A stretch of 64,000 nt of DNA. Origin: Takakia lepidozioides (lineage: Eukaryota; Plantae; Bryophyta). The notes under the pieces were generated by a model that was not told the DNA's origin, made no database searches, and saw only the letters and a program-made list of their open reading frames with translations. This document shows positions 51,078 through 62,614 of the stretch, piece by piece. The position numbers and the translations under genes were made by a program. Each line of letters begins with the position of its first letter. The first letter of the stretch is position 1. Location: positions 91,884,001 through 91,948,000 of the forward strand of contig CM060731.1 of assembly GCA_030704615.1 (NCBI GenBank), given 5' to 3'.

Positions 51078-54000
51078 CCTGAGTTGCGCCCGGCCAGTTC
51101 TAAGGAACAATGGTGGCCGGGGCAAGGTGGAGCAGCCCAGAGAGGACGAGGTGGCCAGGCACGAGGTGCAGGCCAAGGGCAAGCTTAACATGGCCAAGGA
51201 CGCGGAGGTCAAGGTGTTGACCAAAGCATGGCCAACCGGCTTCAGCAGCTAGAGCAGAGGCTCGCTGTCATGGCCACAGCTCAGGTGGTACCGGTTCCAA
51301 GGCCGGATGGTCCACCTCCTGCTCCTGAGGAAGGAGACATGGGAGGCATGGGATTCATGTGCAGGGCAACACTACCACTAGTGAGGGGTGCCACTACCAC
51401 TACCACTATGGTGGGGGCCACTACCACTACCACTATGTGCGGGGCAGGACTATCACTAGTGCAAGTGGAATCAGCTGCGGCAGTGACTCAAGGAGCAGCA
51501 CGAGTTCTTGAGCCACGGGGTGCGGAGGTGGAGTTGGATCCACAACATGGGGAGGCAAGCCGTCAGGCCAGGCTTCCTCAGTCATTCACATTGGCGGAGA
51601 CAGTGTCGACGCCGTCCATGGCACCTAGTTCTTACCCGACTGTTACCGAGGCGAAGGTTATTATGCCATTGGGGAGAGCTATACGGGCAGCACCACTACC
51701 TAGTGTTGCCAAGGCTACGGCAGCTAGTGTGCTGCTGGGGGCGGCCACATCTGTGTGTCAGGCTCCATTGTTCTCGGCTATCATGATTGCGACGCCAAGG
51801 GTAAGACCAGCTGAGGTGTTCAGGCTGGCAGCACACTCTGTGAGAGTGGGGAGGTTACTTCATCTTCTGCGGAGATAGTGGGAGGTGTAGTGCCGGAGGG
51901 ATCCTCGGATGTGAGGGTCAAGACTGCCACGGCGATGCCATGGCAAGCTGCAGCTGCTAGGTTGGCGGAGCTGCCAGCTAGGCCAGCCATTGAGCGCGCC
52001 ATGGTGACACCTGGAGTTGTCATGTTAGACAACTAGGATGGCATTTTCTATTTGAGTGGACCGGCAGGCAAGAGGTACCGGCCACTGCGAGTCTTGTTGG
52101 ACTCGGGAGCTCAGCCATTGATGTTGGGCAGAGCTGCTATTGCAGGCTTGGGCCTCACGGAGGCGGATATGGAGCCGTACCCTTTCCAGATACAGACATC
52201 TCTGGGAGGATCAGAGCAGACTCGGGGCATGACACGGCGTGAGTTGGCTATCAGACTATAGCCGGATCATCCTACAGATGGCTCAGTGATGAGAGCCAAG
52301 GCCATTGTGACAGACGCGGTCTCGTACGATGTCCTTGTTGGTGGGGCAGTGTTGTACCCCATGGGCTTCACCCTGGATTTTTGGGAGGAGTCAGCTTCCT
52401 ATAGGCCTGGATGGCAGTCAGGGGAGGGCCGGCGTGTGCAACTCCCTGTGACTTTCATAGGAGGAGTTGCGGTTGCCCAGCGAGGCAAGATGCCGACACT
52501 AGCAGCATTCACAGCTACAGTGAGTTGGCCTGGAGAGTTGCTTGAGGGCAACGCTCATTCAGAGGATGTGTCACCTCCGGGAGAGCAGGATGACATGTAT
52601 GGTATAGCAGAGTTGCCTGCCATGGTTGCTCACACTCCATCGTAGGGCTCGAGCAAGGATTTGCAGCGGGTTACTGATTGTCGTGTGCAACAAGCCTGGG
52701 TAAAGGCTTTTGTACCGTCAGGAGAGGAGGACAGTGCGGGGATTGCACCAAGACCACCCTCAGTTGTCACCATTGGACACCACCACACCGATCGTGTGGC
52801 GTGTCCGGATGAAGGCATTTGCCTTCTGGACTTGTTTGGCGGGATCAGCACCGGATTGGCTATTGTGCTATAGGCAAGTGTATGGGTACGGCGTTACTTG
52901 TATGTGGAGAGGAATGAGACTGCACGACGCATCTCCCTCCATCTTGTTGCTCAGTTGGTGCAGCAGTACCCTGAGTTGTTGCCGGTGTCTGCAGTTTGTG
53001 GATATCAGCAGGCCTTGCCAGCAGACATTTCGTTGCTGGGGGCACAGGATTTGAAGCGGGTTGGCTCCATTGATCTGGTAGTGGCAGGTTGGCCGTGCCA
53101 AGGGCATTCATCAGTTGGTCATGGCATGGATTGCGAGACTCGAGGTCGGTCTGTTTTAGATGGTGTGCGGGTTTTGCGCCACTTACAGCTTCATCAAGCT
53201 TATCTCCAGCATACATCTTGGAGAATGTGCCACTGAGGGCGATTCTCCGGGCCAGTGTGATGGCCAGTGTGCATCAAGTCCGGTCGTGGCTTGGGTCAGC
53301 AGGTTTGCTGGATGCAGCTGCATGGGGTCACGGGCTCATCGTCCACGGTTATGGTGGACTAACTTGATGTCACCTGCACTGCTCAAGCGTGCATTTGATG
53401 GGGTGCAGCGGCCAGTACACCTCACAGTTGATAGCATCTTGGACATAGGGAGGCAGTCTCAGCGTGTGAGACACGATGACCGTTCGCCTTTGGCAGTGGT
53501 CAACAAGGTGGGTCAACCACAAGCAGTACTACCTACACTGCTCAGCTTCCCAGGATCGCATGCTTTCTGGGATAGTGGACCTGGCCTCCTGTGGGATGCT
53601 CAGCTGCAGCAGTTAGTGGAGCCTAATGCCGACAAGCGAGAGCGGGCTATGGGTTTTCCACTAGGACCACGGCGGTGCCTTCTCTTTCTGAGGCATCACG
53701 TCGTCAGGTGTTGGGGCAAGCGATGGATCTCAATTGCTTGACCTGGATTATCAGCTTGGCTATGGCTGAGCAACGTAGAGTGCGGAGTGCACTTCTTTTT
53801 ACGGTCTCTCTGCCTACCGAAACAGTATAGGCAGTGAGTGGGGGCGAGCCGGTGAGGACCACGGGGTGTAGACATCCATGGCACATGTGGGAGGTGCTCG
53901 AGGTTCAGAGGGAGTTGGCAGCCAAGGCGGCTGTGATGGATGAGGTTGGGGATTCTTCTCGGGTTGAGGAGGTCCTCAAGGATGAGATGATGGGGCAGGA

Positions 54001-56800
54001 TGAGGCCTTGTCATTGACTGAACAGGCAGGGGTACTACTCATGAGGTTGCGGCATAGCAACCACAGGACGCGTCTCCTACCTCTAAGTCTGCTGGACTTA
54101 AGGTTGCAGTTACGGAGGACAATTGGGAGCCTGACATTGGACCCATTGTCACTGGAGGAGAGAGACAACGTATACAGCGGTTCCTAAGGGCTTACAGGAA
54201 TTGCTTTGCCTTCAGTTTGAAGGATTTGGGAGCACTGAAGGGTCAGGAGATTTGTATTGAGTTGGCCACGGACACGCCAATCTTTTGAAGACCCTACAGA
54301 TACAGTGACATGGAGAGGTCTTTGATTCAGCTGAGGACTCAAGATCTCTGGAAGGCTGGTTTGGTGGAACTCTCTGGTGGAGAGTATGCTTCAACCACCG
54401 TGATGCCAGCCAAGAAGGATGTCTATGGCAATTGGACGGAGAGACGTCTGTGCGGTGATTACTGAGCTGTAAATCGTCAGACCAAGTCCGATAAGTATGC
54501 CATGCCCACACCGGAGGAGATCTTTGATGCCATTGGGCATGCCAAGGTCTTTAGCACTCTGGACTTGCGGTCCGGATATCACCAGTTGCCGATCAAGGAG
54601 GCAGACAAGCAGAAGACGGCATTCTGGGGGATCAATGAGCATGGGAATGATTGCCTATATCAGTGGCGGTTCTTACCATTCGGGCTTAAGAACGCTCTGC
54701 AGAGTTCCAGAGAGTCATGGACAGGATTCTAGCAGGGGTGGGCTTTGCTTGGTGCTACATAGATGACATCATCATCTTTAGTGCTACGGTGGAGGAGCAC
54801 GAGAGACACCTTCAGGTGGTGTTTGAGCGCTTGAGAGTTCACGGATTGAAATTACATCCGGGGAAGTGCAAGTTCTTCCACAACCAGATTGAGTATCTGG
54901 GCCACATGATATATCCTGGAGGATTGGGGGTACAACAGACTAAGGTAGAGGCCATCGCACAGATTCCACGTCCCACGGATGTGAGCCGAGTTCGAGCTTT
55001 CATGGGGTTGGCAAACTACTATAGGCGGTTTGTCAAGGGATTTAGTACTATTGCAAAGGCTCTAACCAAGCTAACCAAGGTAGACCAGGAGTGGCAGTGG
55101 GAAGATGAGCAAGAACGAGCTTTTCAAGAGCTCAAGGCGAGGTTGACCTCGGCGCCTATCCTGAGACGACCTATCAGGGGGCGTCCCTTTCAGCTGCATA
55201 CAGATTGGAGCATGTTGGGGCTTGGAGCGGTGCTCACACAGGTGGATGATGAGGGAAGAGAGTTTGTAGTGGCTCATGTTAGCCGCTCAAACAACGCTGC
55301 AGAGTCTAAGTATAGCTCATAGCTGCAGTGTGGACCGTGGCACACTTCAGGTGCTATCTATATGACAATCTCTTCACCTTTGTCACGGATCACCAGCCAC
55401 TCAAGTGGTTGATGGAGTCAGACAAGCTTACGGGGAAGCTTGCACGGTGGGCACTTATACTCCAGGAGTATGACTTTGAGGTTGAGATGGACGAGGAGAT
55501 GGTGTCGGGATGACATGCATCTGCCTTTTTGTGTATCTTGGCATTGGGAGGTCAGGTTGGACCTACAACAAGGATGACTGTAGATGGAGTGTCTGAGGAC
55601 CCTGAGGCTAGTGATGAGCTAGGTGGTGCCAGAGATATACATGAGGATTCGGTTATGCTGGACTACCTCCGCACTGGAGACACGGCAGCTAGTGTGACTG
55701 CCAAGGAGAGGGATCGGATCCTACAACGAGCCAAGAGATTCAAGTGGGAGGGGATACACCTGCTTCGAGTGTGGGAGGATGGTCGGGTGAGGATTGTGCC
55801 TCACCCAACACAACGTGCACGGTTAGTGCGGCATGCCCATGAGGAGTTGGGGTATTTTGGAGTGCGGCGCACTCATAGTCTACTGCAGGGACAGTATTGG
55901 TGGCGTGGTATGCACACAGAGGTGCAACAGTTTGTGGCTAGGTGCATGGTGTGTGATAGGGTGCGTGCTTCATTCAACGCCCCTACACCATAGTTGCATC
56001 ATTTACCCATCATGGGATTGAGCTACAGGTGGAGTCTTGACTTCGCAGGGCCATTGCCACTGACGATGCGCCACCACAGATATGTGTTGATGATAGTGGA
56101 GCACTTCTCCAAGTAGATTGAGTTGGTTCCATTGCCTGACAAGACTAGTGACAGGGCTGCGTATGCATTCCTGGATCGTGTGCTTAGCCGATTCGGTGCT
56201 CCAGCTGAGGTACTCACAGACCAAGGGAGAGAGTTCTTGGGGGAGTTTCAGGCTTTGTGTGATAAAGCCTTGATAGACCACCGTACCACTTCTCGGGATC
56301 ATCTTGAGGCCGATGGCTTGGCAGAGAGAGTGGTGTAGACGGTAAAGAGGGGTTTGCGCAAGTATGGCTTGCAAAAGGGACACCTAGGAGATTGGGATCT
56401 TCAGGTACCTTTGTTAGCCATGGGCTACAAATTTAACAAGCAAGCATCACTTGCCTCCTTCTCACCATATTTCCTTCTCTTTAGCCGAGAGCCAGATTTG
56501 CCTGCGTCTATTTGCAGGGAGGCTGCAGTAGTCCTCAACCTTGTTGATCCGGATGTGTGGACACAAGCATGTGCCCAGTGGGCAGAGTTGTTCAAGAGGG
56601 TCATGCCCATGGCTTTTGAGAACCTTGCTATTGCCCCACACCGAGACACATTGAGGTATGTCACTATAAGTGGTTGCACTAGTGGCAGGACTAGCGGTGC
56701 ACTAGTGGTGGATTAGTGATAGACTAGTGTTTGGTGTGCACATGTGTTGTGTGGTTTTGGACAATGATGTAGTTGTGTAGCGATATGTATGCGCACGACA
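51078..56800 (+). mobile_element. Decayed 5'-truncated copy of the MTase-bearing Gypsy (gag C-terminus, PR, C5-MTase, RT, RH, partial IN, B repeat)
   Basis: Colinear homology to about 43887-49475 with many stops. A deletion joins IN to a B repeat that ends at GCGCACGACA (56800). Confidence 0.92.
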
Positions 56801-58585
56801 AAGAAAACAATGAAGCTTGACAGATTGCCGTAGCTGCCCCCAACAATGTGCTGGCTGCACCTTGCTTTGCAGCATCACCCATTGGCATTTCCCGAGCCAC
56901 ACCAACTCTCCCCAATGGCACTCTTAGCTCTACCTCCGACACACTTGGACGAGCCGGCACCATCGATGGTGTGATTGGCACTGTCTCGGTCAATGTGAAA
57001 GATTGCGTAAGCCTTGTCTGCCGACTTGCTTCCCCCCTTTGTGGATAAAAATCCACATCCGCTCGGCTCAGGAGTACGCGTTGCTGCTCAAGTGACAACA
57101 GCAATAGAGTCTAGTACATGCAATGGTCATGCAAGTGCGGTTCCACACATGAAGCCCATACCAATCTGGTCTTCCCTAGGCCTCTACAGCAAATGGGGGG
57201 GTTTGCGACGCCAGCCGCGGCGCTAAGCCTGCGACGTCAACCCTGCGACATCAACCCCGCGACGCCTTTTTGCGACGCCCCGGCATCGCAATCCTCCACT
57301 ACGACGCCCTTGCGACGCCCCAGCCGTCGCAAGATGGCATGAAGGGGAAAGAAGGCCCCCGCTGCGACGGATTTTTTTTTCTTGCAACGCCCGACGTCGC
57401 AATACAAAAAATAAAATAAAATTGTTGTAAAAGCATCACTGAGGGCTCCCCAGCGCCTCTGCGATGGCGTCGCAACAGCATAGCCACAACGAGGGTTTAT
57501 TTGTTTGTTTTTTTTTGGGGGGGGGCTTTGCGGTCTTCAATGTCACAAAAGCGTCGCTAGGGGTGCCCCGTGCTGGGACGCCCAACGTTGCGACGCCAGG
57601 GGGTCGCAACGGCGTCGCCACAGGGGGTCATAACGGTGTTGTAGTCAGCTTAGGTCATCACAAGGATGTCGCTTGGGGCGCTTGGCGGTGGAGCTGCAAC
57701 AACGGCGACGACGCTGGGCTAGGGCTGGGGCTGGGCACTAAAGCTATGGAGGTTGCAACTCCCGGGCGTCACAAGAGGGACCCCCTTAGAAGGAACTTGA
57801 AAGAAATCTTGATATGTATGTATATATATATATAGATTGCTTTTGTGATACATAGATGTATCGTAGGTGTGTTGGTTAGTCAGTAATGTCTTAGAAATGT
57901 TATAACGTGGAGGTCCTAGGTTCAAGTATGCATTGCCTAATATATATAGAACAATGAACATATTGCCATTGGATAGAACCGGAGTCAATGATCAACGCCG
58001 GAGTCAATGGTCAACAAGTTTTTGAAATTCAAAATTCAAATTCAAATTTTCCCACCTAAATTCAAATGTACCCCCTTAAACTGCGACGTCCGGGCGTCGC
58101 ACTTTGCGACCCCCGGACGTTGCTAATTCGGCATTGCAGAGTGTCGCAAATTTGCAACAATTTTTTGGCGACGCTCGTGCGATGGGCCTACGACACCTGG
58201 ATTGCCCCCTCCCCCCTGCCCAAAAAAAATTGTTTTGCGACGCCACGGCATGGCTGGGGCATCGCAAAACCCCCCCTTTTCCTATAGTGGGCATATGAGG
58301 TTGTGCAGGTGGGACTTGAACCTCGGGCGTTGGAGCTGGCGCAACATGAGTGGTGGCCATGGCAGCAAGATGTTGCTCTAGCTGGGCAAGCCTATCCACC
58401 ATGCCTTGGTCATGACCTTGACCCTGACCTTGCGCTCATTGGTTTTGGTTACGACCTCCACCATGACCTCTGCCTCCTCTACCTCCCTGGACCACATTGC
58501 CTCGTCCTCGGCCACCATTGTTCCCTTGGAACTGGCCTGGCCGTAGCTCAGGATTCAAGTCATAACAATGGGCCTCCTCATGCCC
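56801..58585 (-). mobile_element. More diverged gag-PR linker fragment of the same Gypsy family, split by a CACTA insertion
   Basis: GHEEAHCYDLNPELRPGQFQGNNGGRG, DRLAQLEQHLAAMA and PQRGEASRQTRLTQSFTLTETV match 43855-44520. Confidence 0.8.
57182..58289. mobile_element. Non-autonomous CACTA (EnSpm) element, 1.1 kb
   Basis: Right end (reverse complement) CACTATAGGAAAAGGGGGGGTTTTGCGATGCC against left end CTCTACAGCAAATGGGGGGGTTTGCGACGCC. 3-bp TSD GGC (57179-57181 and 58290-58292). Many subterminal GCGACG/CGTCGC repeats. Confidence 0.88.

Positions 58586-58589
<4 letters not shown>

Positions 58590-58648
<59 letters not shown>
58590..58648. repeat. (GA)n microsatellite, about 29 units
   Basis: Directly visible. 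Confidence 0.97.
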
Positions 58649-58649
<1 letters not shown>

Positions 58650-58651
<2 letters not shown>

Positions 58652-59485
58652 CACTGGCCGTGGCCAGCGTAACTAAGAGCCACTTGGTCTTGCGGCTACT
58701 GCCCATTTTCAGGGGTGGGCCCTATGTAAAAATAACCGGTGTCCAGGGGACACCAAGTAACCAGTCTGGGGGGGAGGCCTCCGGTAGGGACGGTACCGCC
58801 TGGCACCCAGGGGGGGGCCCAGGGGGGCACCCCATGGGTGCCCACCAGGTAACCAACTATATGTATCTATGAGGCAAGAGCGGGGTTTGATTCAAGCTGT
58901 CGTTTGTTGGTGATGATAGCAGTGAGAGAACGGAGGGCCGTGAGGTGTATGGCTTTGAAGCATTTGTGGATGGAAATGATGGGGAGTTTAAAGTTATTGT
59001 GAAGTTCAAAGATGTTGGCATTGTGGATGCCTCCTCTGGTACCGGCAGTGATGACACTGAGGGGGCCTGTGGCCCAACCTCTCCGGCGGATAGCAAGAAT
59101 AAGTGGTGCATATTTTTGGCGTTTCTTGAGGATGGAGGAGCTGGGGTAGCGGTCATGGCAGAATGTGAATTCTAAGAAGTGTATGGTAATGGCGGGGGAC
59201 GGGGCAGAGGGTGGTGGGGCATTGATGGGGAGCCCCTGGACTACGAGGATATCCAGACAGAGGCGGGAAGGGCATATACACATGATGTGTGGGGGCGGCA
59301 TATACAGGGGAGAAGCCACGGAGGTACCGTATGGTCTGGGGGCCGGCCTTGGTAAGGTGCCCGCATTGATGAGTGAGAACCATCGAGTTTCATTACGTCG
59401 TTGTAGGAGTTTGTGGATTTGCCATACAGCGTGGTTGTGTCGTGCAATACGAAGCCCGTGAATGACTGGGTTGGGGCATTCGCTT
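58650..59485 (-). mobile_element. 5'-truncated non-LTR retrotransposon with a restriction-like endonuclease (RLE) C-terminus
   Basis: C......LRIARHN...RL(C/P)(L/P)DIL...IHFLEFTFC...KKRQKY..L...GW....VITAGTRG matches the RHN / PD-(D/E)xK / K..KY layout. A GC-rich 3'UTR follows and abuts (TC)n. Confidence 0.75.
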
Positions 59486-59612
59486 CCAGCTTCGAACAAC
59501 TCCATAGTCCGTGACTGGATCAAAGACCTCTCCATGTCACTATATACCTGTAGGGCCTTCGAAAAATTGGCGTGTCACTTGTCAAATCAATACGAATCTC
59601 CTGGCCCTTCAA
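59486..59612 (-). mobile_element. Short RT N-terminal fragment of the MTase-bearing Gypsy family
   Basis: LKGQEIRIDLTSDTPIFRRPYR...MERSLIQSRTMELFEAG matches 46930-47055. Confidence 0.8.
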
Positions 59613-59804
59613 ACCCTAGTTATCATTCCTGACGTGACGTGGCACTGACACGTCGGCTGTCACGTTGAATCCGGACGTTTATCCATGTAATTTTTTTTAC
59701 ATTTGACTTTTACGATTTATTTCTACCCTTTGTAATGACATGGCAGCCACGGTATAAAACAGACGTGGCCAATAATTAATATTTACTAATTCTTTAAGAA
59801 AAAT

Positions 59805-60240
59805 GTATCCACCTATATTGGCGGTCGCATATAATTTATTATTTTTAAAATAAAAGCAACCGCCCATATTGGCGGTCGCTTGTAATTTAATATTTTGTTA
59901 AATTAAGAGACTGCCTATATTGGCGGTCGCCGGTAATTTATTTATTTTTAAATGAAGCGACCGCCCATATTGGCAGTCGTCGGTAATTTATTTATTTTTA
60001 AATGAAGCGACCGCCCATATTGGCGGTCACTTGTATTTTATTATATTTTAAAATAAGAGACGGCCTACATTGGCGGTCGGTTGAAGTTTATTATGTTTTA
60101 AGTGAAGCGACCGCCCAGATTGGCGGTTGCTCGCACTTTATTATATTATTATTATTATATCTTTGATATATTCTGTAAAAATACAGCGACCACATGTGGC
60201 GGTCGCTATATATATTTTTTAAATTTAGCTACCGCCATTT
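59805..60240. repeat. ~60-bp tandem array of the hairpin GCGACCGCC-CATATT-GGCGGTCGC with AT-rich spacers
   Basis: About 7 copies visible near 59810, 59857, 59908, 59957, 60007, 60058 and 60107, plus a variant near 60186. Confidence 0.85.
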
Positions 60241-60274
60241 ACCGTTTTTCTTCCTCTTGTCAACGCCGCTGGAT

Positions 60275-61620
60275 TGAAATGCGGCGCCGCATTTCCGTCC
60301 ATACGGTGGGGGGGGCTGTGGGGGAGAAAAATTTATTTATTTATTTTATTATTTTTTGGTTTTTCTCTAGTCATCCCCGCTGGATGGAATGCGGCGCCGC
60401 ATTTCCAACAACAGGGGGAATAGAGAGGAAAAACAACAACCCTAACCTTTTTTTTCCTCTTGTCATTGCCGCTGGATTGAAATGCGGCGCCGCATTTGCA
60501 TCCATAGGGGTAAAAGTCATAAAAAAAAACAAAAATGGAGTTTGTTTTTTTGTTTTATTTTTTGCCCTCTCTAGTCATCCCGGCATGATCGAAATGCGAT
60601 GCCGCATTTCCAACAACGGGGGGTAGAGGGGGAAAAAAAAAAAACCGTAAATTTTTTTCTTTTCTCTTCTCATCGCCGTTGGATTGAAATGCGGCGTCGC
60701 ATTTCGGCCTATAGGGGGTAGAGAAAAAAAAATCCAAAAAAGTTTTTTTCCTTGTTTTTTCTAGCTCTACCCTGTTAGATGGAAATGCGGTGCCGCATTT
60801 CCGACCACAGGGGGTGGTGGGAAAAAAAAACCAGAACCCTAAATTTTTATTTTTTTCTATAGTCATCGTCGTTGGATAGAAATGCGGCGCCGCATTTCCA
60901 GAAGGCAATGGGTGTATGGCAGGTGGGATGGAAATGCGGTGCCGCATTTCCGTCCCACTGTCATGGAGGCAAGGGTAACTGGTAGTGGCGATTGAAATGC
61001 GGCACCGCATTTCCGTCCCACTGTTATGGAGGCAAGGGTAACTGGTAGTGGGGACGGCCAAAATGCGGCACCGCATTTGCGTCCCCACTGTTATGAATGC
61101 AAGGTCTTCTGGCAGTCCGGACAGAAAAACGGCACTGCATTTGCGTCCCCACTGTAGTGAAGGCAAGTGTCCAATGGCAGTTCGGACGGAAATGCAGCAT
61201 TTCCGTCCGTCCCCACTGTCATGAAGGCAAGGTCCAATGGCAGTCCGGACGGCACCGCATTTCCGTCGCCAATGTCATGAAGGAAGGGTCTCAGGGGTCT
61301 CAGGGATCTCAGGGCAGTCTGGACGGAAATGCGAAACCGATTTTCCGTCCCCACTGTCATGAAGGCAAGGGTGTATAGTAGGTGGGATGGAAATGCGGTG
61401 CCGCATTTCCGTCCTACTATTATGAGGCAAGGGTAATAGTAGGACTGAAATGCGGCACCGCATATCGCCCCACTGTCATGAAGGCAAGGTCTAATGGCAG
61501 TCCGGATGGAAATGCGGCACCGCATTTCCGTCCCCTCTGTCATGAAGGCAAGGGTGTATGGCTGTCCGAACGGATATGCGGTGCGGCATTTCTGTCCCAT
61601 TGTCATGAAGGCAACGGTAA
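60275..61620. repeat. Array of the palindrome GAAATGCGG(C/T)(G/A)CCGCATTTC; about 100-bp period to 60900, then about 63-bp period
   Basis: About 18 recognisable copies, with further isolated copies near 62883 and 63025. Confidence 0.9.
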
Positions 61621-61867
61621 GTGGTAGTGGGAACGACCGTCCCCACCACAAGCTCGAATGGCAGTCCGCCCACCTCACTTCCCCAAAATCCACTGAAGGG
61701 GTACATGTTGATGGCAGCCTGGACGAAAATGCATTGTCAGAGTTCCGTCCCCTTGACATCCACCCGTACTCGCTCCTCGGTGGATCAAATTCGGTGTCAG
61801 TCTGCGGCACCCCATATGAGGCAAGAGTTCTGCAATTCGAGTGATACACGACAAACATTGTGGATAG

Positions 61868-62614
61868 ATGATAAGAAGGAACCCAGTTGGGGCTGTCCCT
61901 ACTCCTACTTTCACGGGAAGATTTGTCCATGCAAAGTTTGCGGAGGCGACGACGACCCAGTTCTGGTTCTGTAGGCATGACATTATGACTTGTGTCTATG
62001 GAAAGCCTAAGTACAGCATACAAGCAATGCCAGAGGCTCCCCCGGTGTGGCCAGTGGAACCGGGATACAATTTGAGTCAGGTTGAGGCCGACGCCCTTAC
62101 TGCAGCAGGATTTTGGATGGTGCAGCCCACTGACGTCCCCAGACAACCATTTCCAGTTCCACAGCCTCCACCACCGACCCCTATGAGAGCAAGAACAAAC
62201 GTACGTGACAACTCTAAGCATCCTACACACCGTTGGGGAAAACCGAAGAGACGGCGACCTCCCTCAAAAGTGAACGAGACAAGGATGGGGAATGCACTTG
62301 GGATGAACTATACAATCCAGAGCTCAACAGAAGTGCCCCCACCAGGCTTCGGGCGTGTGTATCAGATGGCCACGGCAGGCTCAGTTGTCCGCAATGAGGT
62401 GTGCACCATCACCATTTCAGAATTATCCACCTGCAATTGCACCGACTTCCAGATCATGGCGAAGAAGGGGGCATCATACTGCCCTTGCAAGCATCTGTAC
62501 TACGTGTACCTAAAGAGACTCCAGTGTAATTCCACAACTCGTCACTTCATACATGCACTAGCGTTGAGCCCCGACGAGATGTACACTCTTCTGAATATGG
62601 ATCCAGGGGACTGA
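61868..62614 (+). CDS. C-terminal part of a MULE transposase with SWIM finger, no DDE core
   Basis: Homologous to 34780-35460 (PTPTFTG...FWFC...C..G...PPVWPVEPG..LS..E...L..AGF; GFGRVY; CNCTDF...CPCKHLYYV). Confidence 0.82.
   Translation: MIRRNPVGAVPTPTFTGRFVHAKFAEATTTQFWFCRHDIMTCVYGKPKYSIQAMPEAPPVWPVEPGYNLSQVEADALTAAGFWMVQPTDVPRQPFPVPQPPPPTPMRARTNVRDNSKHPTHRWGKPKRRRPPSKVNETRMGNALGMNYTIQSSTEVPPPGFGRVYQMATAGSVVRNEVCTITISELSTCNCTDFQIMAKKGASYCPCKHLYYVYLKRLQCNSTTRHFIHALALSPDEMYTLLNMDPGD

Noticed and set aside
59805-61620. Regularly spaced palindromic repeats resembling a CRISPR array
   Set aside because: Spacers are similar to each other rather than unique, no cas genes are visible, and the context is a eukaryotic TE.
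61091-62230. 379-aa minus-strand ORF
   Set aside because: It is the antisense shadow of the 63-bp repeat and the SWIM-bearing plus-strand ORF.
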